Assembly: GCA_017541975.1 (NCBI GenBank)
Contig: JAFXYB010000005.1
Location: 534 to 64,533, forward strand
Direction: 5' to 3'
DNA: 64,000 nt
Source of the DNA: a bacterium
Lineage (GTDB): Bacteria; Bacillota_I; Bacilli_A; Izemoplasmatales; UBA1188
Each line of letters starts with the position of its first letter. Position 1 is the stretch's first letter. Shown here piece after piece: positions 10,588-19,423 of the stretch. The notes beneath the pieces are model-generated. The model was not told the origin of the DNA. It did not search any database and saw nothing but the letters and a program-made list of their open reading frames with translations. Both the position numbers and the translations under genes were made by a program.

Positions 10588-12626
10588 AAATCCCTCCTTA
10601 AAACCATAGTTCCTATTCCTGATAGTTCATTATCTTTATATTCAATATTAGATGCAAGCATATCGTAATTTAAAGAATTAAATTCTTCTTTTCTTTCATC
10701 TGTCTTGAAGATAATTAATAATTCGTAATTATCATCTTTTAGTTTATAAATAATTGTATTAAGGCGATTATAATTAACATCAATTCTTTCAGTAATATCA
10801 GTTAATTTATCAATCTTAAATACATCATGTTTCTTCCTAATATCAATTAACTTTTTGGTGAAGGCAATTGATGTTTTATTATCATCGATTAAGTTCCAAT
10901 CAACTTTGTTTATTGAATCAGGCTTATTGTATGTATTATCAATCATCTTTTTAGTGTCGTTGAATTCCATTCCAACATGCATAAAAGGAATGCCAATAGA
11001 GAGAAGTGTCATAGAAAGAGCGAGCAATGTTCTTTTCTTAATGATTTCTTCTTTTTCATTTGGCAAATTCACTTTCATATAGTCATAGATGGTTAGATTA
11101 TCATGACATTCACAGTAGTTGATTGATTGATGAGGATATTTGAAAAGGAATCCTTTTTTGCATGAACCCTTAATTACCTCAACTACATCATTAATATTAG
11201 TATATTTATTCATAGAGTAGTGTTTAATTGCTTCTCTAAATTTATCATTAAAGAACCCGACATCAGAGATAACGGATTTGTTATACATATGTGCTAGATT
11301 GTCACTTTCATTTGAGGCGATCATTTTCCAGCCTTCACCGTATATTAATATATTTGGATTTGTTTCCTTTAAATCTAAGGTGATATCATTGATTGTTTCA
11401 AAATCGATTAATCCCATAAGGTCAAATCTAAAGCCATCAAGTTCATATTCACTATGCCAGTATTTAACCGAATCAAGAATATATTTTCTAACCATATTCT
11501 TTCTTGAATTGACATCGTTTTTGCATCCAGAATAAGCAGTTAACATGCCATCTTTGTATCTATACATATAGCCAGGGCACATTATTTCAAATGGGAATGT
11601 GTCGTAATTATACACATGGTTATAGACGACATCCATCACAACTTTAAAACCATTCTTATGGAGAATATCAATCATTTCTTTTAACTTATTGATTCTTTCA
11701 TATGGATCTTCTGGGTTTAAGGTATAGGCGCCAGATGGAACATTATATAATACTGGATTGTATCCCCAGTTATATTTAGCTTTAGGTTTTAATTCATCGA
11801 TGCCACCAAATAGGAACATAGGCATGATTTGAATATGAGTAACACCTAGACTCTTTAGATATTTGAGCCCAGCTGGAGTACCCTTCTTTGTCTTAAGATC
11901 TAATGATGTAAATAATTCATATGTCGATGATTTTTCATCATCTTTAAAAAGAGATGTGAAATCCCTGATTGATGTTTCATAAATGATGACATTGTCATCT
12001 ATCTTAGTGTGTTTAACTGAATATTTCATCTTGTAGAATTTATCTTTATCTACAATGTATGCGTATTTACCATTAGCGCTTGCACTAATTGCGTATGGGT
12101 CTACAGTCTTTTTTGTTTTTTCGTTTAAAGTGATAATGTATCGATATTTATATCCTTCAAGGTCTTTATCGATGATTGTACGCCAGATACCCTGAGCACG
12201 ATATTTAGCACCATAAACTGATTTTTCGCCATTTGGGCTTATGAGTTCAACACCTACATACTGTGCAGTTGGAGCCCAAATCTTGAATTTGGTTGTCTCT
12301 TTAGTATAGATGGCGCCTAAATCGTTCTTTTTATAGTAATAAATAGAATCAAAAAGAGAAGCTCTGTGGATCTTCCCCATTCTTAAAAGTGATTTATTAC
12401 CATTTGTATCCTTTACACTATATGATAGTTCTAATTTTAAATATGCATCAAAAGATACTACAACTTTTTCCTCATTACCTAAATCGTATCTTTCTTTAAT
12501 AATTAAATCTATTTCTTCTCCATTACCAAGGAGGAAATATTTTGCGTTTATATCGTATATTGATTTAGGAATAATGAGAGTGATTGTATCAAAACCATCA
12601 AGATATGAATAAAACTCGTTATTCAT
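10584..12626 (-). CDS. pulA: Type I pullulanase / debranching enzyme (GH13), apparently cytoplasmic with no signal peptide
   Basis: GH13 conserved regions are present: YNWGYNP, DVVYNHV, GFRFDLMG, YGEGW, YCECHDN. Confidence 0.85.
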   Translation of the reverse strand: MNNEFYSYLDGFDTITLIIPKSIYDINAKYFLLGNGEEIDLIIKERYDLGNEEKVVVSFDAYLKLELSYSVKDTNGNKSLLRMGKIHRASLFDSIYYYKKNDLGAIYTKETTKFKIWAPTAQYVGVELISPNGEKSVYGAKYRAQGIWRTIIDKDLEGYKYRYIITLNEKTKKTVDPYAISASANGKYAYIVDKDKFYKMKYSVKHTKIDDNVIIYETSIRDFTSLFKDDEKSSTYELFTSLDLKTKKGTPAGLKYLKSLGVTHIQIMPMFLFGGIDELKPKAKYNWGYNPVLYNVPSGAYTLNPEDPYERINKLKEMIDILHKNGFKVVMDVVYNHVYNYDTFPFEIMCPGYMYRYKDGMLTAYSGCKNDVNSRKNMVRKYILDSVKYWHSEYELDGFRFDLMGLIDFETINDITLDLKETNPNILIYGEGWKMIASNESDNLAHMYNKSVISDVGFFNDKFREAIKHYSMNKYTNINDVVEVIKGSCKKGFLFKYPHQSINYCECHDNLTIYDYMKVNLPNEKEEIIKKRTLLALSMTLLSIGIPFMHVGMEFNDTKKMIDNTYNKPDSINKVDWNLIDDNKTSIAFTKKLIDIRKKHDVFKIDKLTDITERIDVNYNRLNTIIYKLKDDNYELLIIFKTDERKEEFNSLNYDMLASNIEYKDNELSGIGTMVLRRDL

Positions 12627-13782
12627 CTATGCTTATTCCTTTTAAATATTTAGTTAGTTTTGCCTTTTTATTCTGACAAAGGCCTCCAAGTACTGCATCT
12701 AATGCAGCATCAAGATATTTTTTGATTAATGGTGAATCTTCTAATTTTAAAGATTTTTTGACATCATTTCCATCAAGATCTAATTCTTTCGCACTAGAAA
12801 TTGGCATATCTTTTAAGAGACCATCGATATCTTCTTTTGTATAAATAACATTATGAAAAATACTCATTATTTTAAGTGCACTAATGATTGATTTCTTATC
12901 GACATCGAGTAATAGTTTCTTAGAAAGATATCTATTTTCAAAAGCTTTGATATAATCAATAGTCTGATTGATTGTCTTTATTTCTTTCTTGCTTAATAAT
13001 ACTTCTTCAGTAACTGAACCTTTAAGATAAGAGGCAATAGTTGCGAATTCAATAATATCTACTTTATGGTAACTTCTATTTAATACCTTTGCAGCTTCAT
13101 TTAAATCTGGATATTCTTTAAAAAGATCATATTCCAACATTAAAGGCAGAACCTTTTCAAAATATGGTTCTTCAAAAGTCTTTGATAATTCAGTTCTAAC
13201 TCTTTCCTTAGAGATATGTTTAAGAAGTGAAACATTGAGCTTTATAGCATTTAATGTTTGAACATCTATTTCAAAATCAAGCCTTGAGGCAAATCTAAAG
13301 GCTCTAAATATTCTTAAGGCATCTTCATTTATCCTTCTCATTGGACTGCCGACGGTTCTAATTACTTTATTCTTTAAATCTAATAGACCTTCTACGTAGT
13401 CAATGACGTTTAAATCACTATCTAAACATAAGGCATTGATTGTGAAATCTCTTCTTTTTACATCGTGTTTAAGAGTTTTTGTGACTTTAGTATCTGGATG
13501 TCTGTGATCTTTGTATTTAGAGTCAGTTCTATAAGTTGTGACCTCATAGCGATATCCATCCATTGATACAGTCACAGTACGATATTTTTCACTTTGGACA
13601 AAGGAATTAGGGAATATTCTTTCCACCTCATTTGGAAGGCAGTTTGTGGTGATATCTATATCATATGCAGGTATGTCTAAAAGGTAGTCTCTAACGAAAC
13701 CACCGACGATATATGCTTGATAATTTTCCTCTTCAAATTTCTTTAAAACTTTTAGAGCTCCCTCTAACATTAACTTATCCAT
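12619..13782 (-). CDS. cca: CCA-adding tRNA nucleotidyltransferase
   Basis: GGFVRDYLL..YDIDITT and RRDFTINA motifs. The ORF track starts at TTG 13800. I prefer ATG 13782 (MDKLMLEG...) because TATAAT (13794..13789) lies 6 nt upstream and no SD is present. Confidence 0.85.
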   Translation of the reverse strand: MDKLMLEGALKVLKKFEEENYQAYIVGGFVRDYLLDIPAYDIDITTNCLPNEVERIFPNSFVQSEKYRTVTVSMDGYRYEVTTYRTDSKYKDHRHPDTKVTKTLKHDVKRRDFTINALCLDSDLNVIDYVEGLLDLKNKVIRTVGSPMRRINEDALRIFRAFRFASRLDFEIDVQTLNAIKLNVSLLKHISKERVRTELSKTFEEPYFEKVLPLMLEYDLFKEYPDLNEAAKVLNRSYHKVDIIEFATIASYLKGSVTEEVLLSKKEIKTINQTIDYIKAFENRYLSKKLLLDVDKKSIISALKIMSIFHNVIYTKEDIDGLLKDMPISSAKELDLDGNDVKKSLKLEDSPLIKKYLDAALDAVLGGLCQNKKAKLTKYLKGISIDE

Positions 13783-13841
13783 ATCTCTATTATACATCAA
13801 GACATCTTTTTTATAAATGAAAAAGATGATATAATAAAAAT

Positions 13842-14438
13842 ATGAATGCTATAAAGGACACTGTAGTAAATGAAATCATAATAGAAAAATCTAGGTTCAT
13901 AACCTATCTTTTTCATGTGGAAGATGCGATTAAAGCTAAAGAAATTATTACTGATTTAAATAAAAAATATGCCGATGCAACCCACGTTGTCTATGCATTT
14001 ATTACAGAAAATGATGTCAGAAGCAATGATAATGGCGAACCAAAAGGTACTGCAGGTATGCCTACGCTTGAGGTGCTTAGAAAAGAGAATATGATAAATG
14101 TCCTCGCAGTTACCATTAGATATTTTGGCGGTATTAAGCTTGGGGCAGGCGGTCTTGTGAGAGCTTATACCAAGGGTGTAAGTGAGTCATTAAAGCTTGC
14201 GACTATTACTCATGAAGAGGAAATAGTTGAATTCAATATAACTACTACATATAAAGATTCATTCTATCTAGATAAAAACTTAAGTCTTTCTCGAGAAACT
14301 AAAAAAACTTTTGATGATAAAGTAACGTATAATATTATTCTTCTCAAAAAAGATTTAGAAAAGTTTAAGGAATTATTTATTGGTCTAAAAGATGAATATG
14401 TGTTTAATATAACCCGTGAAAGGAAGGAATTTATATGA
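13842..14438 (+). CDS. yigZ: YigZ/IMPACT-family protein (UPF0029)
   Basis: DNGEPKGTAGMP and RYFGGIKLGAGGLVRAY motifs. TGATATAAT (13827..13835) lies 6 nt before the ATG and there is no SD. Confidence 0.8.
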   Translation: MNAIKDTVVNEIIIEKSRFITYLFHVEDAIKAKEIITDLNKKYADATHVVYAFITENDVRSNDNGEPKGTAGMPTLEVLRKENMINVLAVTIRYFGGIKLGAGGLVRAYTKGVSESLKLATITHEEEIVEFNITTTYKDSFYLDKNLSLSRETKKTFDDKVTYNIILLKKDLEKFKELFIGLKDEYVFNITRERKEFI

Positions 14439-15499
14439 GAAAACTGATGTCCTTCCTTCTTCTTATCATATTGGTACTCACTCTTTCATCTTGCAACACT
14501 TTAAAAGAATATAAGAAAACATATATTTATTTTTCCACCGAAATAGAAATAACTATTTACTCAAATGATAGTGAGGGTGCAAATAAAGCACTAAAATATG
14601 GAAGTGAGTTATTTGAAAAATACAATAACCTCACAGATAGGTATAACGACTATAGTGGTGTAAAGGGCATATATTATATCAACAATCATCCAAACGAAGA
14701 AATTGAAATCGATTTAGATTTATTTAAATTATTAGAATATTCAATTGAGAATAGTAAACTGATTAAAGATGAAAATAATCTACCATATTTCACAATAGGA
14801 ATTGGCAAATTATCTGATATCTATCATCCTCTATTTTTAGAATATGAAGGGCTTGAAATACCCGCCAACATGTTTGATAAAGAAACAATCAAAAACATGG
14901 CATTTGATACAGATGCATCAAAAATTATCCTTAGTGATGTCAATTATACCATTAGAATTCCTGATAGTATTTCTTTAGACCTTGGGGGAATTGCGAAAGG
15001 GTATGCAGTAGAAAAACTAGCTGAATATTACGAAAGAGAAAATATAAAATACATCATTAATGCTGGAGCATCCAATATCATCACAAACTTTGGAAATCCT
15101 AAGAGAATGAATAATGAATTTATCATTGGGCTTAAAGATCCAAATACTGGTATTGATGAGCCAATAAAAATATATGGAACCTTGTCGGTTCCAAAGAATA
15201 AAGCTGTGATTACTAGTGGAGATTATCAAAAATATTTTATTTATGATAATAAGAGATATTCACATATATTATCTCCTTCTACTAACCTCCCAGCTGATAC
15301 TGACATTAGATCAATCACACTCATCACAGATTCAAATGCCTATGGAGATATTCTATCAACTACTCTATTTATGATGGGAAGTGAAAAAGCGATAGAGTAT
15401 ATCGAAAATAATAGCAATGTTGAGGGAATAATATATCTTAGTAGCGATGAATTTTATGTCAGTGATGGACTTAAAACTTCTTTTAAAAATGTAAAATAA
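14435..15499 (+). CDS. apbE: FAD:protein FMN transferase ApbE, lipoprotein
   Basis: Lipobox LSSC. ApbE motifs are DLGGIAKGYA and TSGDYQKYF...RYSHILSP. It overlaps yigZ by 4 nt. Confidence 0.85.
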   Translation: MRKLMSFLLLIILVLTLSSCNTLKEYKKTYIYFSTEIEITIYSNDSEGANKALKYGSELFEKYNNLTDRYNDYSGVKGIYYINNHPNEEIEIDLDLFKLLEYSIENSKLIKDENNLPYFTIGIGKLSDIYHPLFLEYEGLEIPANMFDKETIKNMAFDTDASKIILSDVNYTIRIPDSISLDLGGIAKGYAVEKLAEYYERENIKYIINAGASNIITNFGNPKRMNNEFIIGLKDPNTGIDEPIKIYGTLSVPKNKAVITSGDYQKYFIYDNKRYSHILSPSTNLPADTDIRSITLITDSNAYGDILSTTLFMMGSEKAIEYIENNSNVEGIIYLSSDEFYVSDGLKTSFKNVK

Positions 15500-15566
15500 A
15501 AGGCACATTAGAGTAGGCTCCATATCAACGATTTCGCTCTAATAAAAATAATTTAATACTTTTATA

Positions 15567-15595
15567 TTGACTTTATAAATATTTCCGACTAAAAT
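15567..15595 (+). promoter_or_regulatory. Sigma-A-type promoter TTGACT-17-TAAAAT upstream of the AAA ATPase gene
   Basis: TTGACT at 15567..15572, a 17-nt spacer, and TAAAAT at 15590..15595. It is overlapped by the perfect 9-bp inverted repeat TCCGACTAA (15584..15592) / TTAGTCGGA (15612..15620). Confidence 0.55.
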
Positions 15596-15630
15596 GTAGT
15601 TGTAATTACGATTAGTCGGAGGTTTTTATT

Positions 15631-16863
15631 ATGAAATATATAAAAAGATTGATAGAAGATATATTAAATGATAGGTTTGAAAATAGTAAATGCGTACTTG
15701 TTTCGGGAACCAGACAAGTTGGTAAATCGACATTGTTAAAGCATCTTTATTCAAATATTAACTATGTTACATTTGATGATTTGTTATTTAAGAATTTAGC
15801 TAATGATGATCCGAAATTATTTATTTCTAATTTACCAAAACCATCTATATTAGATGAGGTTCAATATACACCTAACATTTTTCATTATATTAAGATGGAA
15901 TGTGATAATGCTAATGATAATGGTAATTATTTATTGACTGGTTCTCAACAAATGAAAATCATGAAAAAAGCTAAAGAATCATTAGCTGGAAGAGTCTCAA
16001 TTTTAGAACTTCAAACGCTATGTTTGCGAGAAATAAATAACATTGATTTTAACAAGCATTTTATACCTACTAATGAATATATTTTGTTAAGGGAACAAAA
16101 ATTAAAAAAATATAACAATATTTGGGGTATTATTCATCGTGGTATGTATCCTGAATTGTACCGTTCTAATCGTAATTGGATTGATTTTTATTCATCGTAT
16201 GTTAAGACATATGTAGAACGTGACGTTTCTGAAGAAATAAATATAAAAGATGAAATAACTTTTACTAAATTTTTAATTAGCATTGCTTCTAGAACGGGTC
16301 AATTATTAAATAAACAAAATATTGCCGATGAGGTTGGAGTTAGCGCAAAGACGATTGATTCATGGCTTTCAATACTAGAAAAGACAGGCCTTATCTACTT
16401 TCTTGAACCATATTATTCTAATCATTTAACTAGAGCTATAAAAACACCAAAAATTTATTTTAAAGACACTGGGTTAGCTTGCTACCTAACAAGATGGACG
16501 ACACCTGAAGCGCTTGAAAATGGAGCAATGGCTGGTCACATGTTTGAAACTTTTGTTGTGAATGAAATTATTAAATCATTTACAAATGAAGGAAAAGAAT
16601 ACCAATTTAATTTATTTTATTATCGTGGCAAAGATAATGATGTAAAGGAAAATGAAATTGATTTAATAATTGAAGAAAATGGAATTTTGTATCCAATTGA
16701 AATTAAGAAATCAGCTAATCCAACTCTTTCTATGGCTAAAGCTTTCAAGGTGTTAGATAAAGAAACAGAAAAGAAACGTGGCCAAGGTGCTATCGTTTGT
16801 TTATACGATAAAAAAGTATTATTGAGAGAAGATATTGTTGTATTGCCAATTGAGTATATCTAA
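15631..16863 (+). CDS. AAA+ ATPase with C-terminal DUF4143-type domain (AAA_14/DUF4143 family)
   Basis: Walker A GTRQVGKST and Walker B-like ILDEVQ. The size and C-terminal region (EIDLIIEE...IEIK) are typical of this family. GGAGG SD sits 8 nt upstream. Confidence 0.7.
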   Translation: MKYIKRLIEDILNDRFENSKCVLVSGTRQVGKSTLLKHLYSNINYVTFDDLLFKNLANDDPKLFISNLPKPSILDEVQYTPNIFHYIKMECDNANDNGNYLLTGSQQMKIMKKAKESLAGRVSILELQTLCLREINNIDFNKHFIPTNEYILLREQKLKKYNNIWGIIHRGMYPELYRSNRNWIDFYSSYVKTYVERDVSEEINIKDEITFTKFLISIASRTGQLLNKQNIADEVGVSAKTIDSWLSILEKTGLIYFLEPYYSNHLTRAIKTPKIYFKDTGLACYLTRWTTPEALENGAMAGHMFETFVVNEIIKSFTNEGKEYQFNLFYYRGKDNDVKENEIDLIIEENGILYPIEIKKSANPTLSMAKAFKVLDKETEKKRGQGAIVCLYDKKVLLREDIVVLPIEYI

Positions 16864-16890
16864 TGACGTACTGTGCTCATTGGTGCCGTT

Positions 16891-17829
16891 TTACATTATT
16901 AAATCTATTTCAGATAATTTTCTATCGTTTAATGATACTACAAAAGAATTAGGAAGGCATATTAAGCTTTCATATTTGCTTGATATATATCCTCTTCTTG
17001 AACAAATATGTTTCTTACATGTCTCTTCTTTTATTCTTATTTTTTCATTTACTACTTCGATAGTTAATGTAAAATAATCCTTTTCATCATTATTGTAAAC
17101 TTTATAGATGAAAAGATATGAATCACCATCTTTTTTAGTTTCAATTAAATCATTGGTATATTCTTTATATTTTTCGGGATTAGATAGTGGTATTTCTGTG
17201 ATGAGTTTATTCTGATATGTGATGGATGCGACTGTGCCTTCATCGCTTCTTTTTTGATAACTTAGGAATACGATTGAGATAATTGAAGATATTACGAATA
17301 TTCCAAGAAGAATTGATAGAGATATTCTTTTCGGTTTTATTACTTCATTTTTAAATGCTTTAAGTACTAGACTAGTAACTGATGCGGTGATAATTCCGCA
17401 TGGAATTGAAAGTGCGAGCATAAATGGAAGATAATATATAATTGATGAATCCTTAATATAGATATAGGCAACAAGTATTTGACCTAATGCATGGAATATT
17501 GAGCCCATTACACTCATAAAATATAATGAATCTCTTTTTATCCTATATATTAATATCATCACTATTAAACTTAATAGTCCACCGACAAGCGATAAGAAAA
17601 AAGAAATCGATAAGATTCCAGAATATATTAATCCTACTAAGAATATACGGAGTAATAAAACGAGGGATGCTTCTTTTTCAGAATAAAGATATAAAACTAT
17701 CATAGTAACTGCGTTCGCAAGGCCAAGTTTTACACCAGGTATTCCAGTAGGTATGAAAGATTCTAATATTGATAAGACTATTGCGATTGATGAAAGGATG
17801 GCAATAGCCACAAGTTTTCTCGTTCTCAT
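16891..17829 (-). CDS. Fusion of a Gx-transporter family membrane domain (Hpre_diP_synt_I-like) with a C-terminal NusG domain II-like (DUF1312) domain
   Basis: The N-terminus (LSSIAIVLSILESFIPTGIPGVKLGLANAVTMIVLY) plus about 6 TM segments matches the Gx family. The C-terminus (ITYQNKLITEIPL...TIEVVNEKIRIKEETCKKHIC...LICLPN) matches the NusG_II pattern. Confidence 0.6.
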   Translation of the reverse strand: MRTRKLVAIAILSSIAIVLSILESFIPTGIPGVKLGLANAVTMIVLYLYSEKEASLVLLLRIFLVGLIYSGILSISFFLSLVGGLLSLIVMILIYRIKRDSLYFMSVMGSIFHALGQILVAYIYIKDSSIIYYLPFMLALSIPCGIITASVTSLVLKAFKNEVIKPKRISLSILLGIFVISSIISIVFLSYQKRSDEGTVASITYQNKLITEIPLSNPEKYKEYTNDLIETKKDGDSYLFIYKVYNNDEKDYFTLTIEVVNEKIRIKEETCKKHICSRRGYISSKYESLICLPNSFVVSLNDRKLSEIDLIM

Positions 17830-18245
17830 CAGTCTATATAAATAAGTTCATAACCTTTTTCTTTTAATAATCTAGCGGTTAATCCCATTCTATCAATTCT
17901 TTTATGTGTGAATGTACCATCATAACTATAATTACCACAAGATGGCGATCCATTCTTTAGTATTACAGTCTTACAGTTATATGTCTCTAAGAAGTTAATG
18001 GTATTTAGTGCGCCAGCTTTAAACTTATCAGTTACATCTACTCCTTTACATGAATAGATTTTACCATCATCTCTTTCTTCTGATGGATCTCTTGGGATTG
18101 ATAGTCCACCAAAAACCTCAGGACAAATAGGAAGAACTGTCTTATTCTTAATTAGTTCTTCTATTTTAGGGTTGTAGTTGTTTTGCCCATCATACTTGGT
18201 ATCAAGACCAAGTAGACACGCACTTACTGCAATAACTTCTTTCAT
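17829..18245 (-). CDS. DUF523 family protein (2-thiouracil desulfurase TudS-like)
   Basis: SACLLG..KYDG and the CPEVFGGLSIPRDPSE motif. TATAAT (18258..18253) lies 7 nt upstream of the ATG with no SD. Confidence 0.7.
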   Translation of the reverse strand: MKEVIAVSACLLGLDTKYDGQNNYNPKIEELIKNKTVLPICPEVFGGLSIPRDPSEERDDGKIYSCKGVDVTDKFKAGALNTINFLETYNCKTVILKNGSPSCGNYSYDGTFTHKRIDRMGLTARLLKEKGYELIYID

Positions 18246-18269
18246 ACTTTATATTATAGATTATTAATC

Positions 18270-18295
18270 AAAAATAAAAAAGAGCAATTGCTCTT
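18270..18295 (-). terminator. Intrinsic terminator after the KH-domain gene
   Basis: Minus-strand RNA forms AAGAGC-AAUU-GCUCUU followed by UUUUAUUUUU. Confidence 0.7.
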
Positions 18296-18297
18296 CT

Positions 18298-18558
18298 TTA
18301 TTCATACGAATCGAATTCAATCTTAATCTTTTTGCCTGCTCTAGAGGCACTCGCATGAGCTACAGTTCTAATAGCGTTCGCAATTCTGCCGCCCTTTCCT
18401 ATAACTCTACCAAGATCTTCCTTACTCACAAGCACCTGTAGAACTACAGTTTCATCAACATCGACAAAAGAAGAAATTGAAACATCATCTGGGCTAGCTA
18501 CGATTGGAGTAACTAATGCTTTAAGAAGTTGTTCAAATTCTGTTTTCACTTTTGTCAC
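18298..18558 (-). CDS. ylqC: KH-domain RNA-binding protein (YlqC-like)
   Basis: GRVIGKGGRIANAIRTV is a KH GXXG loop. It lies immediately downstream of rpsP, as in Bacillus. Confidence 0.8.
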   Translation of the reverse strand: MTKVKTEFEQLLKALVTPIVASPDDVSISSFVDVDETVVLQVLVSKEDLGRVIGKGGRIANAIRTVAHASASRAGKKIKIEFDSYE

Positions 18559-18834
18559 CTACTTTGTTTGTTTGCTGTCGGCGTATTCCTTAAGAATTCC
18601 ATTCTTTCTAAAAATGCTTTTAACTGTATCTGTAGGTTGAGCACCAACACTTAACCAGTTAAAGATTTTTTCTTTATCAAGTTTAACTTGATTATCTTCC
18701 TTTTTGCAAGTTGGATCATATGTACCAACGATTTCTAAAAAACGACCATCACGTTTTGCAAGTGCGTCAGCAGCTACGATACGATAGAAAGGTTTCTTAG
18801 CTGATCCGAATCTTTGTAATCTTAATTTTACCAT
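18559..18834 (-). CDS. rpsP: 30S ribosomal protein S16
   Basis: [34 protein letters not shown] is a canonical S16 N-terminus, and GGAGG is the SD. Confidence 0.95.
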   Translation of the reverse strand: MVKLRLQRFGSAKKPFYRIVAADALAKRDGRFLEIVGTYDPTCKKEDNQVKLDKEKIFNWLSVGAQPTDTVKSIFRKNGILKEYADSKQTK

Positions 18835-18862
18835 AATAATACCTCCATTTTTAACCTCTAAT

Positions 18863-18891
18863 ATTCTACTCTCTTAATAGATAGTTGTCAA
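18863..18891 (-). promoter_or_regulatory. rpsP promoter TTGACA-17-TAGAAT
   Basis: On the minus strand: TTGACA at 18891..18886, a 17-nt spacer, and TAGAAT at 18868..18863. The -35 is part of the inverted repeat TGTCAAG-N8-CTTGACA (18886..18907). Confidence 0.65.
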
Positions 18892-18925
18892 GTATTTTTT
18901 CTTGACAGTGATATTATTATTTTTA

Positions 18926-19423
18926 CTATTTTATAGTAACTTCTTTATTTGTATAATCTTCTATCCTTTTTACGATGGATAAAAGTTGTTTTTTATTCAT
19001 ATATGATACGAATATCCTTTTCTTTGAATCATCATTCATTATGAATTCAAGGTATTTCTTCTTTTTTGAATGGCCATTCATTTTTTCACCATTTGAATTT
19101 GATTCAGAAAGAATCACTTTGAATTCCTTCATATCGGTTAAATCTACTTCTACTTTACTTTGAACTCTATCTTCTTGAAATAGACCATAATCTTTACCTA
19201 TTTTAATTATCTTATCATTGAATATAATTCTATAGATTAAGAATATTTTTACGAAGAAATATATGGCAAAGGCAGATAGAAGAGATACTATTACTACTCT
19301 TAATGCATCATTATATCTAATAAGGATAAATATGAGAACACCGATAGATATCAAAGAAAAGGCTAAATACATGATTGAATCGAGACCAAATGGATAATAA
19401 GTTTTCTTATTTTTCATTATCAT
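18926..19423 (-). CDS. Hypothetical membrane protein (2 TM segments plus a soluble C-terminal domain); last gene of the aromatic operon
   Basis: Two hydrophobic helices (YLAFSLISIGVLIFILI and VIVSLLSAFAIYFFVKIFLIY). It overlaps the aminotransferase stop by 17 nt. I recognise no family. Confidence 0.5.
   Translation of the reverse strand: MIMKNKKTYYPFGLDSIMYLAFSLISIGVLIFILIRYNDALRVVIVSLLSAFAIYFFVKIFLIYRIIFNDKIIKIGKDYGLFQEDRVQSKVEVDLTDMKEFKVILSESNSNGEKMNGHSKKKKYLEFIMNDDSKKRIFVSYMNKKQLLSIVKRIEDYTNKEVTIK

Noticed and set aside
15500-16890. The AAA/DUF4143 ATPase region, considered as a mobile element or defence island inserted between apbE and the Gx-transporter gene.
   Set aside because: There are no flanking direct or inverted terminal repeats, no integrase, transposase or recombinase, and no partner genes. 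It is a single gene only. It is reported as a regulated orphan ATPase, not as a mobile element.
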